From a virus (lineage: Duplodnaviria; Caudoviricetes): a DNA stretch of 64,000 bases. Positions 27,863 to 38,643 of this stretch are shown here, piece after piece (position 1 is the first letter of the stretch; the number at the start of each line of letters is the position of its first letter). A program made the translations under genes and the position numbers. Location: positions 64,001 to 128,000 of the IMG/VR virus record IMGVR_UViG_3300037067_003221. One strand, 5' to 3'. The notes under the pieces are model-generated. The model saw only the letters and a list, made by a program, of their open reading frames with translations, was not told the origin of the DNA and did no database searches.

Positions 27863-28931
27863 CTTTCGCACCCTTTCTATCCAAGTAATCGGCGGATACA
27901 CTTTTCAAAATCATCCGGCCAATGTGACAAGTTTGCTCAACCAACGGAGTCACAACACAGCCTTCGCGGCCTTTGAACTTACAGGCGGGGTCAAACGTAG
28001 TTGGACCGTAAGTAAGTTCTTTCAAAATATCCAATGAGAATGGGCCAACATACAATACTGGCACCAATTCTACGCCATAAACATTGCACCAAGTTTCCAG
28101 AACGTCCCAATTGACGTACTGACCGTTAATCATCATGTCAAAGACACGGTAGCCCAATTGGCCGCTCGGAACACCATAGTCCAAGTCTTGTACGCCAGGG
28201 CCGAACAACTCACCATATACGACAACCTCATTGGTTTCGTCGCAAATGTCGGTCAGCATGTGCAGGATATTTTCATACTGCAACGGCTCCCAGTAAACAT
28301 TGACTTTCAATTCGTCGGCCAAGTCCGAGTAGTAACACTCATGGGTGAATTGTTTCTTCACACAATGATGCGAACCGCCAACAAACTGCCATTCACCATC
28401 GATCTTGATAAGACCAATGCGGCTATTAGTTCCGTGAATCTTTTCGGTGATTCGTACTGGCAAACCCTCCTCGATAACACTGTGATTTTTCCAGTGGTGC
28501 TGGATGCTGGTGTATTCAGGGAAATTCAACAGCTTGTGGCTTGTCTTAGCTTGGCCCTGGCGCAGTTGTGCCCGCGTGATAGGCGGCTCATACTTTACTG
28601 CACCGTAGTAGTCGGATACATCCGTACCCTCAGCCTTACCAACCAGCGGCTCCGGTACAACTTGAATGAAGCCGTAAGACGGAGTACCCCGCAAACGGGT
28701 GGCCGCAATACGGTTGCCATGTTTCAAGTACGCCTTGACTCCAAGGCCAATTGCTACCGGCTCTGGCAAAATCATGTCAGGCGGGAAGAATACAGCCAAG
28801 TCACCGGCCTTAAATTGGCCAATAGGTGCAAGAGTCTGAGTGCCAAGGATGGTGACAATCTCAAGCCGATCCGCATTAGGATGTGGCGAGATTCCAATTA
28901 CCCGTTCAATACTTACGTTAATTTCCGACAT
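27825..28931 (-). CDS. RNA ligase, DRB0094/Rnl5 family
   Basis: PHPNADRLE, TEKIHGTN, YGELFGPGVQ, VFD, EGCVV, LKSVSADYL. Confidence 0.92.
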   Translation of the reverse strand: MSEINVSIERVIGISPHPNADRLEIVTILGTQTLAPIGQFKAGDLAVFFPPDMILPEPVAIGLGVKAYLKHGNRIAATRLRGTPSYGFIQVVPEPLVGKAEGTDVSDYYGAVKYEPPITRAQLRQGQAKTSHKLLNFPEYTSIQHHWKNHSVIEEGLPVRITEKIHGTNSRIGLIKIDGEWQFVGGSHHCVKKQFTHECYYSDLADELKVNVYWEPLQYENILHMLTDICDETNEVVVYGELFGPGVQDLDYGVPSGQLGYRVFDMMINGQYVNWDVLETWCNVYGVELVPVLYVGPFSLDILKELTYGPTTFDPACKFKGREGCVVTPLVEQTCHIGRMILKSVSADYLDRKGAKDDGELDDEGISD

Positions 28932-29422
28932 GCTGAGTTCCTTGTTAATCGTTTTCTGCGTTTGTTGTTCCGCAATTTAACGTGTGTTTCTCTATGACAG
29001 TTAGCGCACAACAAATCACATTTGTCTAGTTCGTGTTTTGTTTTATTCCAACTGTTGCGTAAATGTATCGTGTGATCTTTACATTTAGGATTCCTGTGAT
29101 GAAATTCCAAAGCGGCTAAGTATTTATCGTAACCGCAAAGTTTACATTTCCCACCCTTGTAATCTACAGCACGTTGCTTAAATACATCATTATGTTGCAC
29201 TATACAAGCATAATTACTGCACTTATAATTACAATAGACATGATCTTTTCTTACTGGCAAAAACCAATGCCCACAAACTTTACAACGTCGTTTTGATCGT
29301 GCAGGTTGTTTATTCCGCCATTTTAAGTTCCTCGCTAGGCGTTGACAATTATCCGTACAATACTGAGAATTATAATGCTTCGGATAAAACCAGTGTCCAC
29401 AACCAATACAGCGTCGTTTCAT
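28913..29422 (-). CDS. HNH endonuclease
   Basis: YKGGKCKLCGY..ALEFHH..ELDKCDLLCANCHRETH; two N-terminal Cys repeats; AT-rich. Confidence 0.9.
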   Translation of the reverse strand: MKRRCIGCGHWFYPKHYNSQYCTDNCQRLARNLKWRNKQPARSKRRCKVCGHWFLPVRKDHVYCNYKCSNYACIVQHNDVFKQRAVDYKGGKCKLCGYDKYLAALEFHHRNPKCKDHTIHLRNSWNKTKHELDKCDLLCANCHRETHVKLRNNKRRKRLTRNSACRKLT

Positions 29423-29453
29423 AATCTATACTCTGCAAATCCTGTGCCAAAAG

Positions 29454-29525
29454 TCGCTCCGGTAGGATTCGGACCTACTTCACCACTTTCGTAGAGTGGT
29501 ATGCTGTCCACTGCACCACGGAGCG
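29454..29525 (-). tRNA. tRNA-Arg(ACG)
   Basis: RC CGCTCCG/CGGAGCG-A, CCACT-CTACGAA-AGTGG, T loop TCCGAAT. Confidence 0.88.
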
Positions 29526-30040
29526 AAATGCCCTCGGAGCGTCCCACGTCTGGGCCATTCCGGGGCCGGTAAATCACATCCCGATTGCAAACTTTGCCAC
29601 ATAGTATGGCCAACTGGCAATCCATCCGGCTTCATACCACCCGACTGGAACTCCGTAAGCTACTAAATGAGCAGTCAAAACAGTACAACCACCAGCCCAA
29701 TAGGACACAGCCGCAATAAGCAATTTCTTCATTTTTTCCTCAAATTAAACCTTGTTCTTTTAGTAGTGCATGGGAAAATACGCTCGGCTCCCATTCCACA
29801 CTTACATCTATTTTGGAGTTGGCCGACTTCAACTCCTCTGTCATAACATCTAATGATTTGCGATAACCTAACCCTTCTCGCCATAGGGAAACAAAGTGGG
29901 CTGCTGCTTTACGGGCGGTACTCCCGTCACACCCGGCTATGGTAACTATACCATGATTCCAGATGAACCGCCAAGCAGCCATAGTTTTACATCCAGCCCT
30001 TACACCCGCCGTGACTTCGCTTACTTTTACATTATCATTT

Positions 30041-31147
30041 CTATTCAATATCTCTCTGTCTAAAATACCTCGCGTCTTTCGGGATACCATCGTCGCTCAA
30101 CTCCCTGTATTTGAAAGTAACTAATTGTCCAATCTTAAAATACTTTCCTTGAAATCCACTCGGCATATCCTCGCCCGGCTGCTTCGCGGCTTCCCGCGAC
30201 ATAGCTTCCGTTTGAAATGCTCGTTCTGGATTAGTTAGACCAGATAATTCTAATCTCTGTCCTTTATAATCCAAAATCAAGGCTCCAATAAGGCCAAGCA
30301 ATTTGCTTCCCTTATCAGTCTCGCGGCCAGATGTAAAGCCGACTAATGTGCCCTCAGCATCATCATACGGTTTATACTTTAATACATCGTGCGACCGTTT
30401 AGGAATCCACAGTCCTTTTGGATTCCTGAATACCAAGCCCTCGCCGCCTAATTCCAACACCCTGTTCAGTAACCCCTCTACTTCCTCTCTACGTATATTC
30501 TTGGACAATAGAGTATGCCGGTGTAAATAGGCCACACTGCCTTCCGATGGTATAGCGGCGTTAAGCAACTCCATTTCATCTTTGAAGCACGTTCCCGCTG
30601 GAATAAATCGTACATCAACTAAACGACCGTCATCTACTCGATCTAACCACGCTTTAACTTCGTCGTAAAATATCTTACGTTTGAAGTTACTGTCTTTAAT
30701 CTCACCATTTCTAAATACACTCTCAAATGGTGGACTCCCAAAAATTGGATATTCAATCTGTTCCCACTCTTTATCAATTGGAACATCCTTCGATACAACC
30801 GACCGACAGAATTGGAATCTGCCACGACCAGCCCAAAGTTCGCCGTCAAGCGGCATACAAGGTAGTTGATTGAGCCACCAATCAGGGGCTACAATGGGAT
30901 TTCCATACCGACTCCATAGGCCGGTAGCAAACTCTCGCACCTTGGTCTTGATCTTCCCCGTCTTAGGGTTATGGATTCCTGCCCAAGGCACTTCCATTGT
31001 CGGTAATCCTCGACTCAGCCCACCGTCCCAAAAACAGCGGGTGCCGTCCAGTTTTTCCGAGTATAACCAGCCGCCAACATTCGTGCGGTCATTATACTTG
31101 TGTGCCTGTTGCAAAAATTCACGTCGTTCGAGATCGGATTTTAACAT
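30041..31147 (-). CDS. ATP-dependent DNA ligase
   Basis: SEKLDGTR, DGELW, EGLVFR, KRSHDVLKYK, VTFKYREL..GIP. Confidence 0.93.
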   Translation of the reverse strand: MLKSDLERREFLQQAHKYNDRTNVGGWLYSEKLDGTRCFWDGGLSRGLPTMEVPWAGIHNPKTGKIKTKVREFATGLWSRYGNPIVAPDWWLNQLPCMPLDGELWAGRGRFQFCRSVVSKDVPIDKEWEQIEYPIFGSPPFESVFRNGEIKDSNFKRKIFYDEVKAWLDRVDDGRLVDVRFIPAGTCFKDEMELLNAAIPSEGSVAYLHRHTLLSKNIRREEVEGLLNRVLELGGEGLVFRNPKGLWIPKRSHDVLKYKPYDDAEGTLVGFTSGRETDKGSKLLGLIGALILDYKGQRLELSGLTNPERAFQTEAMSREAAKQPGEDMPSGFQGKYFKIGQLVTFKYRELSDDGIPKDARYFRQRDIE

Positions 31148-31408
31148 GGGTTAATGTGCGGCTTGGCCGGTGTTGGAGTGGGTGCTTGTTTTTTCAACAA
31201 CTCAAAATCAATCCGAAGGTGGTCATTGTCCTTCTGCAAAGCGTCAACACGAATTTGCAATTTGGTGGCTTTCGCCCGCATATAAATTGCTCGTTGATAG
31301 TTTAATTGTCGATCAACTTCGGCCCGTTGGTACATGAAAAATCCACCGTAGCAGATAATCGCACCAACGATTGTTCCGAAAAGCGTCCCTAGAATTGCTG
31401 TTTTCATA

Positions 31409-32011
31409 TTAACTGCCTTTCTTTGTAACGAGTTGTGCCTGCAACGCTTTAATCATATTCTTATTTGATTCAGCGTTATCAATCAGACATTTAACATCGT
31501 TAGCAGACGCATCCAGTTTCTTTTGCAACTCTTCAATGATAACCTCATTCTTTGCGATGGTTGCTTTAAGTTCCTCAATCTGCTTCTTTGCAGAGAAATA
31601 ATCGCATTTAGATTGATCTAGCAACTCCAAACTAACATCCAAACGCGCACCCAACTTGGCATTTTCGTCGGTTAGTTCCTTAATGGTGGTGGCACTTTCT
31701 TCCAAAACACCTTGTAACCGACCATTCTCTTCTCGCAACTGCTTCACCCCGGCAGCAAATTTTGAAAGCATATCGTCCTGCTTTTCAATTCGCCGTGCTT
31801 GGATGGTTGCAATCTCTTGGCATTTTTCAGCATACTGAATGGTGCCTGTTGCTCTGCACAAATCGACAAACTGTTCATAGTTCATCTTATTGGCTTCATC
31901 GAACTCAGTCAATACCTTGTGGGTTGTGTAGTGGTCAACAGCAACAACCGACACGGCCAAAATCGCCAATACCATATAAAGGTACTTAGTCAATTTGCTC
32001 ACGATCATCAT
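31409..32011 (-). CDS. Membrane-anchored coiled-coil protein
   Basis: N-terminal TM, long heptad region. Confidence 0.6.
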   Translation of the reverse strand: MMIVSKLTKYLYMVLAILAVSVVAVDHYTTHKVLTEFDEANKMNYEQFVDLCRATGTIQYAEKCQEIATIQARRIEKQDDMLSKFAAGVKQLREENGRLQGVLEESATTIKELTDENAKLGARLDVSLELLDQSKCDYFSAKKQIEELKATIAKNEVIIEELQKKLDASANDVKCLIDNAESNKNMIKALQAQLVTKKGS

Positions 32012-32618
32012 AACGTCTCCTCAATGTTTGTTTAATTTGCGAACATAATTGTGTACTGATTTGTAACTTTTGAGCAATCTCTACACCAGTAAATCCTTGT
32101 ACACTCATTTGTAAGATAATCTTTTCACGGTCATTTTTAGCAAGGCTCTCAATATCAATTAAGGCTTCAAATTCTTCTAATGTATTGAGACTCACCATAT
32201 CTTCATTAAGTGCTTCTCTAACAGGTATAGGTACATCGGCGACAACTTGCATTCTAACCGTATTTCCTTTTAATATGAGGCTTTCGGCTGCATAGTCACT
32301 AACTGTAAATTTTACCATTTGCCAGTAATAGGACAGTGGATTTTCAATCTCAGATGTTACAGTATTATGAACCCATTCGCATGTTTTCAATGTTAGAATA
32401 CTAACTAATTCTTCATATAAAATTTTCAATTTAGGATTCTTATAGATCATACGATCTAAAATAATCTGACACGATGCCAGTAATTGTAAAATTAGTTCGT
32501 CTCTAACTTCTAAATTTCCATCCGTATATTGTTTCCAGGTTTTTAATACTTTCTCACGATTAAAAACAGGTAATTCATCAGGAAACTGGTTGCATCCGTG
32601 CCATGAAGTTGTTTTCAT
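31986..32618 (-). CDS. Sigma-70-like factor (divergent)
   Basis: GNLEVRDELI region-2-like; REKIILQM..GFTGVEIAQKLQIS region-4 HTH. Confidence 0.65.
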   Translation of the reverse strand: MKTTSWHGCNQFPDELPVFNREKVLKTWKQYTDGNLEVRDELILQLLASCQIILDRMIYKNPKLKILYEELVSILTLKTCEWVHNTVTSEIENPLSYYWQMVKFTVSDYAAESLILKGNTVRMQVVADVPIPVREALNEDMVSLNTLEEFEALIDIESLAKNDREKIILQMSVQGFTGVEIAQKLQISTQLCSQIKQTLRRRYDDREQID

Positions 32619-33114
32619 ATTGCGGCTCCATTTTTGTAAAAATCCATAAAGTCTGTGGGAGGAAATTCTTTCTCGGTGCGTCGTTAAACTCGTAAGACAA
32701 TCCTCGCGGATCATATATCAATTGTCCGTCCCAGGCGGCAGCATGATTGCTGATTGATTTGTCTGGGTGTCTAACTAAGCCGCTAAAAATTCCACGCTGG
32801 CATTTTGCAATATAGTAGTGGAATCGTTTAATTGCCTCTTCCAATGGCATCGTAGGTGCCTGTTCAGTTGACTCTGGATTGGGCCGCGAACCAAAATACG
32901 CCAATATCTCGGTTACGGAAAATCCGTGCATCATTGCAACATCAATACACTCTTGGATATGGAAACCTTTTCTAGTCGTCTTGCTTTCAGGGTATGGAAA
33001 CTCGTCGCCAGAATGTCCTAACTCTCGAATCACTTCTTCAAACGGCATATCCAAGACCATCGCCAATGAAGCTGGTAAACAGGCCCAGGGCATTATATTT
33101 GTTGGAATATTCAT
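32578..33114 (-). CDS. Papain-like (C39-like) peptidase-fold protein
   Basis: CLPASLAM..NHAAAWDG..IYDP (Cys-His-Asp). Confidence 0.55.
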   Translation of the reverse strand: MNIPTNIMPWACLPASLAMVLDMPFEEVIRELGHSGDEFPYPESKTTRKGFHIQECIDVAMMHGFSVTEILAYFGSRPNPESTEQAPTMPLEEAIKRFHYYIAKCQRGIFSGLVRHPDKSISNHAAAWDGQLIYDPRGLSYEFNDAPRKNFLPQTLWIFTKMEPQYENNFMARMQPVS

Positions 33115-33284
33115 AGTTCTGGTTTGGTTCCTTCTCGTCGGGCAACTGCTAAACCTTGGTTGATTGCCTTCTTCTTGGCCTTCTCGCGGCTAACTTTGTT
33201 ACCGGCAGTGTATGTGTATTTTGCTCCATGTTGGCCCCACTGATACGCAGGTTTGCCATTTTTAGTCGTAGTATGAACAGGCAT
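33111..33284 (-). CDS. Small basic protein (57 aa, not in the ORF track)
   Basis: MPVHTTTKNGKPAYQWGQHGAKY..KAKKKAINQGLA; AAGGA RBS; ATGA coupling. Confidence 0.65.
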   Translation of the reverse strand: MPVHTTTKNGKPAYQWGQHGAKYTYTAGNKVSREKAKKKAINQGLAVARREGTKPEL

Positions 33285-33295
33285 GTTATCCTTTC

Positions 33296-33724
33296 TTATA
33301 AAATAGTGTTTCGTTCATCTTCTTCTCGATTGAGTTCATCAAGCAAGTCATCGATACCATCTTCAACTTTGTCTGGGTCGCCCCATTCAGGCTTCCAATA
33401 ATCTTTCCAGTTAGGTGCATGAAACAGTCTATCATACTGTTTTTTATTGGCCTCTGTCATAATCCAGATGCCGGTGCCATACCTATCAAGTATTGGGAAT
33501 TTACGCCGTTGATGTTTTGTAAATGTGTAGTGATCTTCTTGCTTAACTTCTAGCCACCGTTGACCAAATTGTGGGTGCGTGATATATAAATCTGGAAGGC
33601 CATACTGCCATCCAATACCGACAATACGTTCAACATGCCACCCTCGCTCGAAAAGATACTGTACAATTCGTGATTGTATTCCGTATTCAGGGCCGTGTTT
33701 GGCTCTGGCTTTCTTCGGGTCCAT
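33296..33724 (-). CDS. VRR-NUC-like nuclease/resolvase
   Basis: E..IQ..GLPDL..WLEVK..T..Q. Confidence 0.8.
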   Translation of the reverse strand: MDPKKARAKHGPEYGIQSRIVQYLFERGWHVERIVGIGWQYGLPDLYITHPQFGQRWLEVKQEDHYTFTKHQRRKFPILDRYGTGIWIMTEANKKQYDRLFHAPNWKDYWKPEWGDPDKVEDGIDDLLDELNREEDERNTIL

Positions 33725-34086
33725 GTGTCACCATTTAGGGTCAAGTTCAATGCTCTCGGCCATGATCGCAACATACTTCAAAGGCATCCAATATTGCGTA
33801 TCCGGGTCGTCTGCTTTCTCAAGCACATGCACAATTCCGCCCCGCATAATATCGTCTGCATGAATCCCAGGTAACGCCATCAATACACCATGCTCAACCC
33901 GATAAGGGTCAAGTAAAGTGATGGTAATCTTGTCGCCAGCTTTAGCATCGTCCCAATCTCCGATCAATTTATCGGGTAGGATGGTGAATGTGTCCAAAAT
34001 AGGGTCGCACATTAAGGCCAGCAGTTTTGTCAGCCTATTGTTCATTGCAATAAACTCAAGTACCCGTATGCCTAATCCATTTTCAC

Positions 34087-34812
34087 TCATTGGGGTCTCC
34101 GATGCTGTTTTAGCGATGAATCAATTGCTAATACCGGATCATACGCCGCCTGACATGGCACAGTGAACAACTTCTCTTCTTTCTTCTTTGCAGTAAATGC
34201 GATAAGAAGAAAATCCTCTGGGCAATTATTCAAAAACTGCGTTGGTGTAAAATCGGCATCATATACAACCGTTTCGCCACCTTGCGACCAATTCTTTGGG
34301 AATTTAACAATCCAGAATTTGAAATCCTCGAAGCCATTATTACGGTAAACATCGAAGAACAAAGTCATGGAAAAGTTGTAAAATCCGTGGTTAATCCAAG
34401 TCAATGGCGAACAATGAAATACTGTTCCACCGACTTTGCATAGGTTAATCACATTCTCGAATACTTGTCGTATATCAAAAATATGTTCCATCGTTCCACA
34501 TTCAAACACAAAGTCAAATTGACCTTGTGTATTCCCGATAGGAAGATTCATATCGTGAACGATAGTCACCCCTTCATCATCATTGAAATCAATGTCCTCA
34601 TACCGTTTGAATCCAAGGTCTGTAAAGAGATTCTTACTGGTATAAGCAACTTCATCCGGCGTAGCCGGATGCCCAATTTGAGCCATATAATTGACAAAAT
34701 TAGGCACATTGACAACAAGTTGTTGGCGAGCTAAACTCACCATCGAATCATGGTTCACTGACGGAAGAACCTCTTCCGCCAGCAAACGAACTAAACCTAA
34801 CGATATACTCAT
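34087..34812 (-). CDS. SAM-dependent methyltransferase-like protein
   Basis: HDMNLPI..FDFVFECGTMEHIFD..KVGG..NHGFYNFS. Confidence 0.75.
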   Translation of the reverse strand: MSISLGLVRLLAEEVLPSVNHDSMVSLARQQLVVNVPNFVNYMAQIGHPATPDEVAYTSKNLFTDLGFKRYEDIDFNDDEGVTIVHDMNLPIGNTQGQFDFVFECGTMEHIFDIRQVFENVINLCKVGGTVFHCSPLTWINHGFYNFSMTLFFDVYRNNGFEDFKFWIVKFPKNWSQGGETVVYDADFTPTQFLNNCPEDFLLIAFTAKKKEEKLFTVPCQAAYDPVLAIDSSLKQHRRPQ

Positions 34813-37223
34813 GCTGCAACCTTTTGTAAGGCGATGTTTTCAGGATAAGTGATGTGGCGCGTTTTTGCACCACCTTTCTTTTCAGCCCAATTATCCATAG
34901 CAAGGTTCCATTTCAGCCCGATCAACGGTACTTTCTTACGGAACGATTCAACGGACTCTGCCACGGCATCCGACACGGCATCCACCATAGTTGGGTGGGT
35001 GACGCACAAAATTTCGTCGTGGATATTCATTGGAGCAACTAGCCAATCGTGTACGCCGTATGGTTGTAAATCCCAAATCTTGCGTTGAACGTGCTTGGTG
35101 ATAGTAGCACCGGCTGATTGAATCAAATGGTTATTCGCAGCCCGCATATTTGCGGCCTGAATCTGGAAAGCCGCCCCGTACAGGGCCGAAGCCAACGCTC
35201 CGGGAGCAAGTTGCTCTCGATCACGCCGAACCACTTTGACTTTGCATTCTTTCCATGCTTTGGGCAGGTTATTGGCCAAGTCAAACAAGGCTTTACAAAT
35301 CATATTTTCCAGTGTAAAGTAACGCCGGAAACCTAAAAATGTCTCGACATAAGCCTTTGGCTCATGCCACACAACTTGCGTTCCAATACCGCCCGGTTGG
35401 CGCATCGAACAAAAATCATCTTTGATTCTTTCGCGCGATAGACCAATGCCAGGGTATTTGGAACACCATTTATCAAACGCTTTCTTAGCTTGATCTTCTG
35501 GAATGCCCAATCGTTTATTCCAGGTAGTATGATCGCCACCGTAAAGGAAACCAAACATACCAGACTTAGACGGACTATACCAATCAGGTGTCTTACCGTC
35601 TGAGGCTACTATTTCGTCATACGTCTTGCCAGGGTATAATTCCATACCTAGCAAGGCGTGAATCTTTTTACCTTCAAGCAATGTTTGATGCAAAATTGCA
35701 TCGTCGAACACTGCGTCCGCGATAGTCACTTCAAATCCGTCAAAGTCACCGCCGCATAGAACCATGCCTTCCCAATTCAATGGGAACATCTTACGCACGT
35801 CCTTAGTTTTCTTAATACCTTGGGCATTTAATCCATCACTACCAGACATACGAGACGACAACGCACCGATTACGTTGAAACTAGCATGAAGTCGTTCAGC
35901 TTTGAGCAACTTCGTATAAAGTTCAACTTCTTTCGCTGCAAATTTAACATCTAATATTTTCTGGGCACGGACGGCTGCTGGATGTTCTCCCGGCAATAAT
36001 TTACCGAGGCCACCACAGCGTTTGCACGGTTCGCCATCTTCTATACCCGTGCCCCAACATCGGAGGCATTCTTCTTCGGCTTCAACCTTCCAATGGCTGA
36101 CAACCTCTACATTTTGCTTCTTTGTGCTATCGTCAAGGTTCGACCCAACTACTTCGGTTTCGTCCATTACTTCCGTTAAATAACGTCGAACGGCAGGTGG
36201 TTTATTGATATTGACAGGTGACTGAGCAATGACCGCGACGGCCTTTTGCAGCAATTCTGTGATACCTTCTTTATCAATCTCATAGCCGTGCCAACGCACA
36301 GCAGCAACCATACAAGCCAACTCGCTATCATCATCACCCGGCTCTGGACGGCCAAAATGATCGTACAAATCTCGCGTATAAACAATATCATCCGTGGCAT
36401 ACTCCCTGGCATTGGCATTCTCATTCCAATGTCGGATATGCTCATGGATTAACGCAGGCCACGCCATTCCGATTAGTTTACCGTTATCGTCATAGCATTC
36501 CCAGTTGCTTGCGTCCGCTACAGCCATCGCTGTCGGTGCATATCCTAGTTCATACGGCCTCCAACTTGAATCTAATTCAATATCAGAGAAATGAAACTTA
36601 GGTTGACGCTTTAGGGCGTGTTCTGCTAAATACTTCAAACCACCGGCTGGGTGGAACTTTAACACAACGTCTTTGAAGTCTTTGTTTACGATACCTCTCT
36701 TAGAGACAATATCATAAACCTTCCAACGTGGTGCTTCCTTATCCGCCGTCTTGGCAAAGTAAATACCATCAATGTTAATCGTGCTTTCCAGTTGTTGTGC
36801 TAAAGCATACGCCAAAGCCGTTGGCACCTTGCGGATACGAATATCTTCGCGGGCCATCAATGCTTGATACGGTCCCTTACGAGAGAACAGCATCAAGTCG
36901 CAACAACTTCGCGGCTTCAAACACGGGCCGCTCATTCCTTCGGACTCTTTCAAAGCAATCTCTTGGATATGCTGTTCAGGAATCCATTCTGGGTCTAACA
37001 AACGCCAGATCGTAAACATCTTTACCAACATAAACCAGTCAAACGAGCAATTGAAACCGACAAATGTATTTAATGAAAAATACTCAATCAGGTCAAGTGT
37101 CCGTTGGACAGGTTCCTTCCAAGGCTCCCAAAGATGAATTAAACCATCTTCTTCGGCCCACTGAATCAGGACGGGCATACCATACAACCCGCAAGTTTCA
37201 GTATCGATATAAATTTTAGCCAT
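34809..37223 (-). CDS. polA: DNA polymerase family A with 3'-5' exonuclease
   Basis: IDTETCG, GFNCSFD, SSRMSG..LNAQ, motif A DFDGFE, motif B KSGMFGFLYGG, NHLIQS, motif C IHDE. Confidence 0.92.
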   Translation of the reverse strand: MAKIYIDTETCGLYGMPVLIQWAEEDGLIHLWEPWKEPVQRTLDLIEYFSLNTFVGFNCSFDWFMLVKMFTIWRLLDPEWIPEQHIQEIALKESEGMSGPCLKPRSCCDLMLFSRKGPYQALMAREDIRIRKVPTALAYALAQQLESTINIDGIYFAKTADKEAPRWKVYDIVSKRGIVNKDFKDVVLKFHPAGGLKYLAEHALKRQPKFHFSDIELDSSWRPYELGYAPTAMAVADASNWECYDDNGKLIGMAWPALIHEHIRHWNENANAREYATDDIVYTRDLYDHFGRPEPGDDDSELACMVAAVRWHGYEIDKEGITELLQKAVAVIAQSPVNINKPPAVRRYLTEVMDETEVVGSNLDDSTKKQNVEVVSHWKVEAEEECLRCWGTGIEDGEPCKRCGGLGKLLPGEHPAAVRAQKILDVKFAAKEVELYTKLLKAERLHASFNVIGALSSRMSGSDGLNAQGIKKTKDVRKMFPLNWEGMVLCGGDFDGFEVTIADAVFDDAILHQTLLEGKKIHALLGMELYPGKTYDEIVASDGKTPDWYSPSKSGMFGFLYGGDHTTWNKRLGIPEDQAKKAFDKWCSKYPGIGLSRERIKDDFCSMRQPGGIGTQVVWHEPKAYVETFLGFRRYFTLENMICKALFDLANNLPKAWKECKVKVVRRDREQLAPGALASALYGAAFQIQAANMRAANNHLIQSAGATITKHVQRKIWDLQPYGVHDWLVAPMNIHDEILCVTHPTMVDAVSDAVAESVESFRKKVPLIGLKWNLAMDNWAEKKGGAKTRHITYPENIALQKVAA

Positions 37224-37804
37224 ACAAGCAAACCTCCCTAGTATTAGGATAAAAATTATGGCTTAACGACACACAAAATTAAATAGGAGAGTTTGAGGCC
37301 GTGGTATAAACTCTTCGGCTTGTCCTTATCTCCTGTTATTTCTTTTCTCCTCTTGCCACAAATCATAATGCCATTTGTCTTTAGTCACGCTCGCGCCTTT
37401 AATTAGGCCAGTTGTGAATCGTTGTTTTGGTAATGACAATATAAGATGATGATCGCGTAATATCTTGCCTGCAATTATCACGCCTGTCCGTGTGCTACCA
37501 ATTATCGTGCAGGGTACTTTCTGTTTTTTTCGTTTGCTGCTACTAAGCATGGCTCGGCCATCTTTTAGAACGTCTAATTCATAAACAGTTGAATTTGTTT
37601 CTAAATAAATGGTTGTTCCTGATTGTAGTTTAGCCGGTTCAATAAATTCATTCGAGTGGATTTTGTCCTTCGGCTTCTGTTCCATGTTTCAAATCCTTTA
37701 CATACTCAGCGACTTCGTGATAGTATTCTTCATCCGGCACCCGTCCGAGACACCATGCGAGGCTTCTGGTAACTAAACCATCTGCCCCGTTACGTAGTAA
37801 ATAC

Positions 37805-38473
37805 TCAATCACCTTGTTGATCTGGAATTTCAATGGTCTCGGCATCTGTCTCTCCCATAGTTTCCAGCACGTTGGCGGCTTTATAAAGTGTCTGAGCAGC
37901 GTCAATCAAAGATTGTGCCGTATCGTGGCATTCCTTTGCTCTGCTAACAAATATGGCCGTTAATATATCTGGTCGAATCTGTGTCAACGGGTGAAAATGT
38001 CTAGTTTTAATTGACCCGATAATTAAATTGCCTTCGACACGTTCTGGATTAAATGTATAGTAGGCACTGAACACGCCTAGTATTCGGATTAAAAACCGTG
38101 TCTCTCCCCACGTAATTTCTGTGCGTATTTCAAAAGAACTTGTTTGTTTATCATATACGCCGTACCATGTAGGAGCAGCGAAAGCAAAGGCCAACAATAT
38201 TCGCAGGGATTCAGCACACTCGCCTTCATAGAGATTATAGATAATCTCAGGCATGTCGGCTCTTGTTTTAGCGGCTTTAACAGTGTTAAAGCACGGAAAA
38301 TCTTTTGGCAATCGTTTCGATAACAGCATATAAAAATCAATATCGTCCAGACAGCGTTTTGCCTTGACTAAAAGCCTTTTATATGTCGTATTGAGGGTGT
38401 TGATTGCATTCATTGCGTAAATCCTCGATTTCCCACTCTTCGTCAAATTCTTCGCCATCAATTTCTCGGCCAA
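37805..38473 (-). CDS. hypothetical protein (start uncertain)
   Basis: Long ORF on the coding strand. Confidence 0.55.
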   Translation of the reverse strand: MAEKLMAKNLTKSGKSRIYAMNAINTLNTTYKRLLVKAKRCLDDIDFYMLLSKRLPKDFPCFNTVKAAKTRADMPEIIYNLYEGECAESLRILLAFAFAAPTWYGVYDKQTSSFEIRTEITWGETRFLIRILGVFSAYYTFNPERVEGNLIIGSIKTRHFHPLTQIRPDILTAIFVSRAKECHDTAQSLIDAAQTLYKAANVLETMGETDAETIEIPDQQGD

Positions 38474-38550
38474 GAATATCTTCGGCAGTTGTTAGGTCGT
38501 CTAAAGTCATATATGTTTCCCTTTTGCAACGTCGTGTTTATAAAAGAGAA

Positions 38551-38587
38551 CCTAGTAGGGAAGGTATGTTTCATACCCCCTACTAGG
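38551..38587. other. Strong hairpin in the leader downstream of the 38644-38672 promoter
   Basis: CCTAGTAGGG..GGTATG/CATACC..CCCTACTAGG. Confidence 0.6.
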
Positions 38588-38643
38588 ATGGCAAGAGGGC
38601 TGTCGCTTATATGGGACTCGCTCCATAAACTTGCCATATATCA

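Noticed and set aside
29419-29625. ORFs overlapping tRNAs (also 5809..5994, 5848..6063, 50773..51069)
   Set aside because: Explained by the tRNA genes
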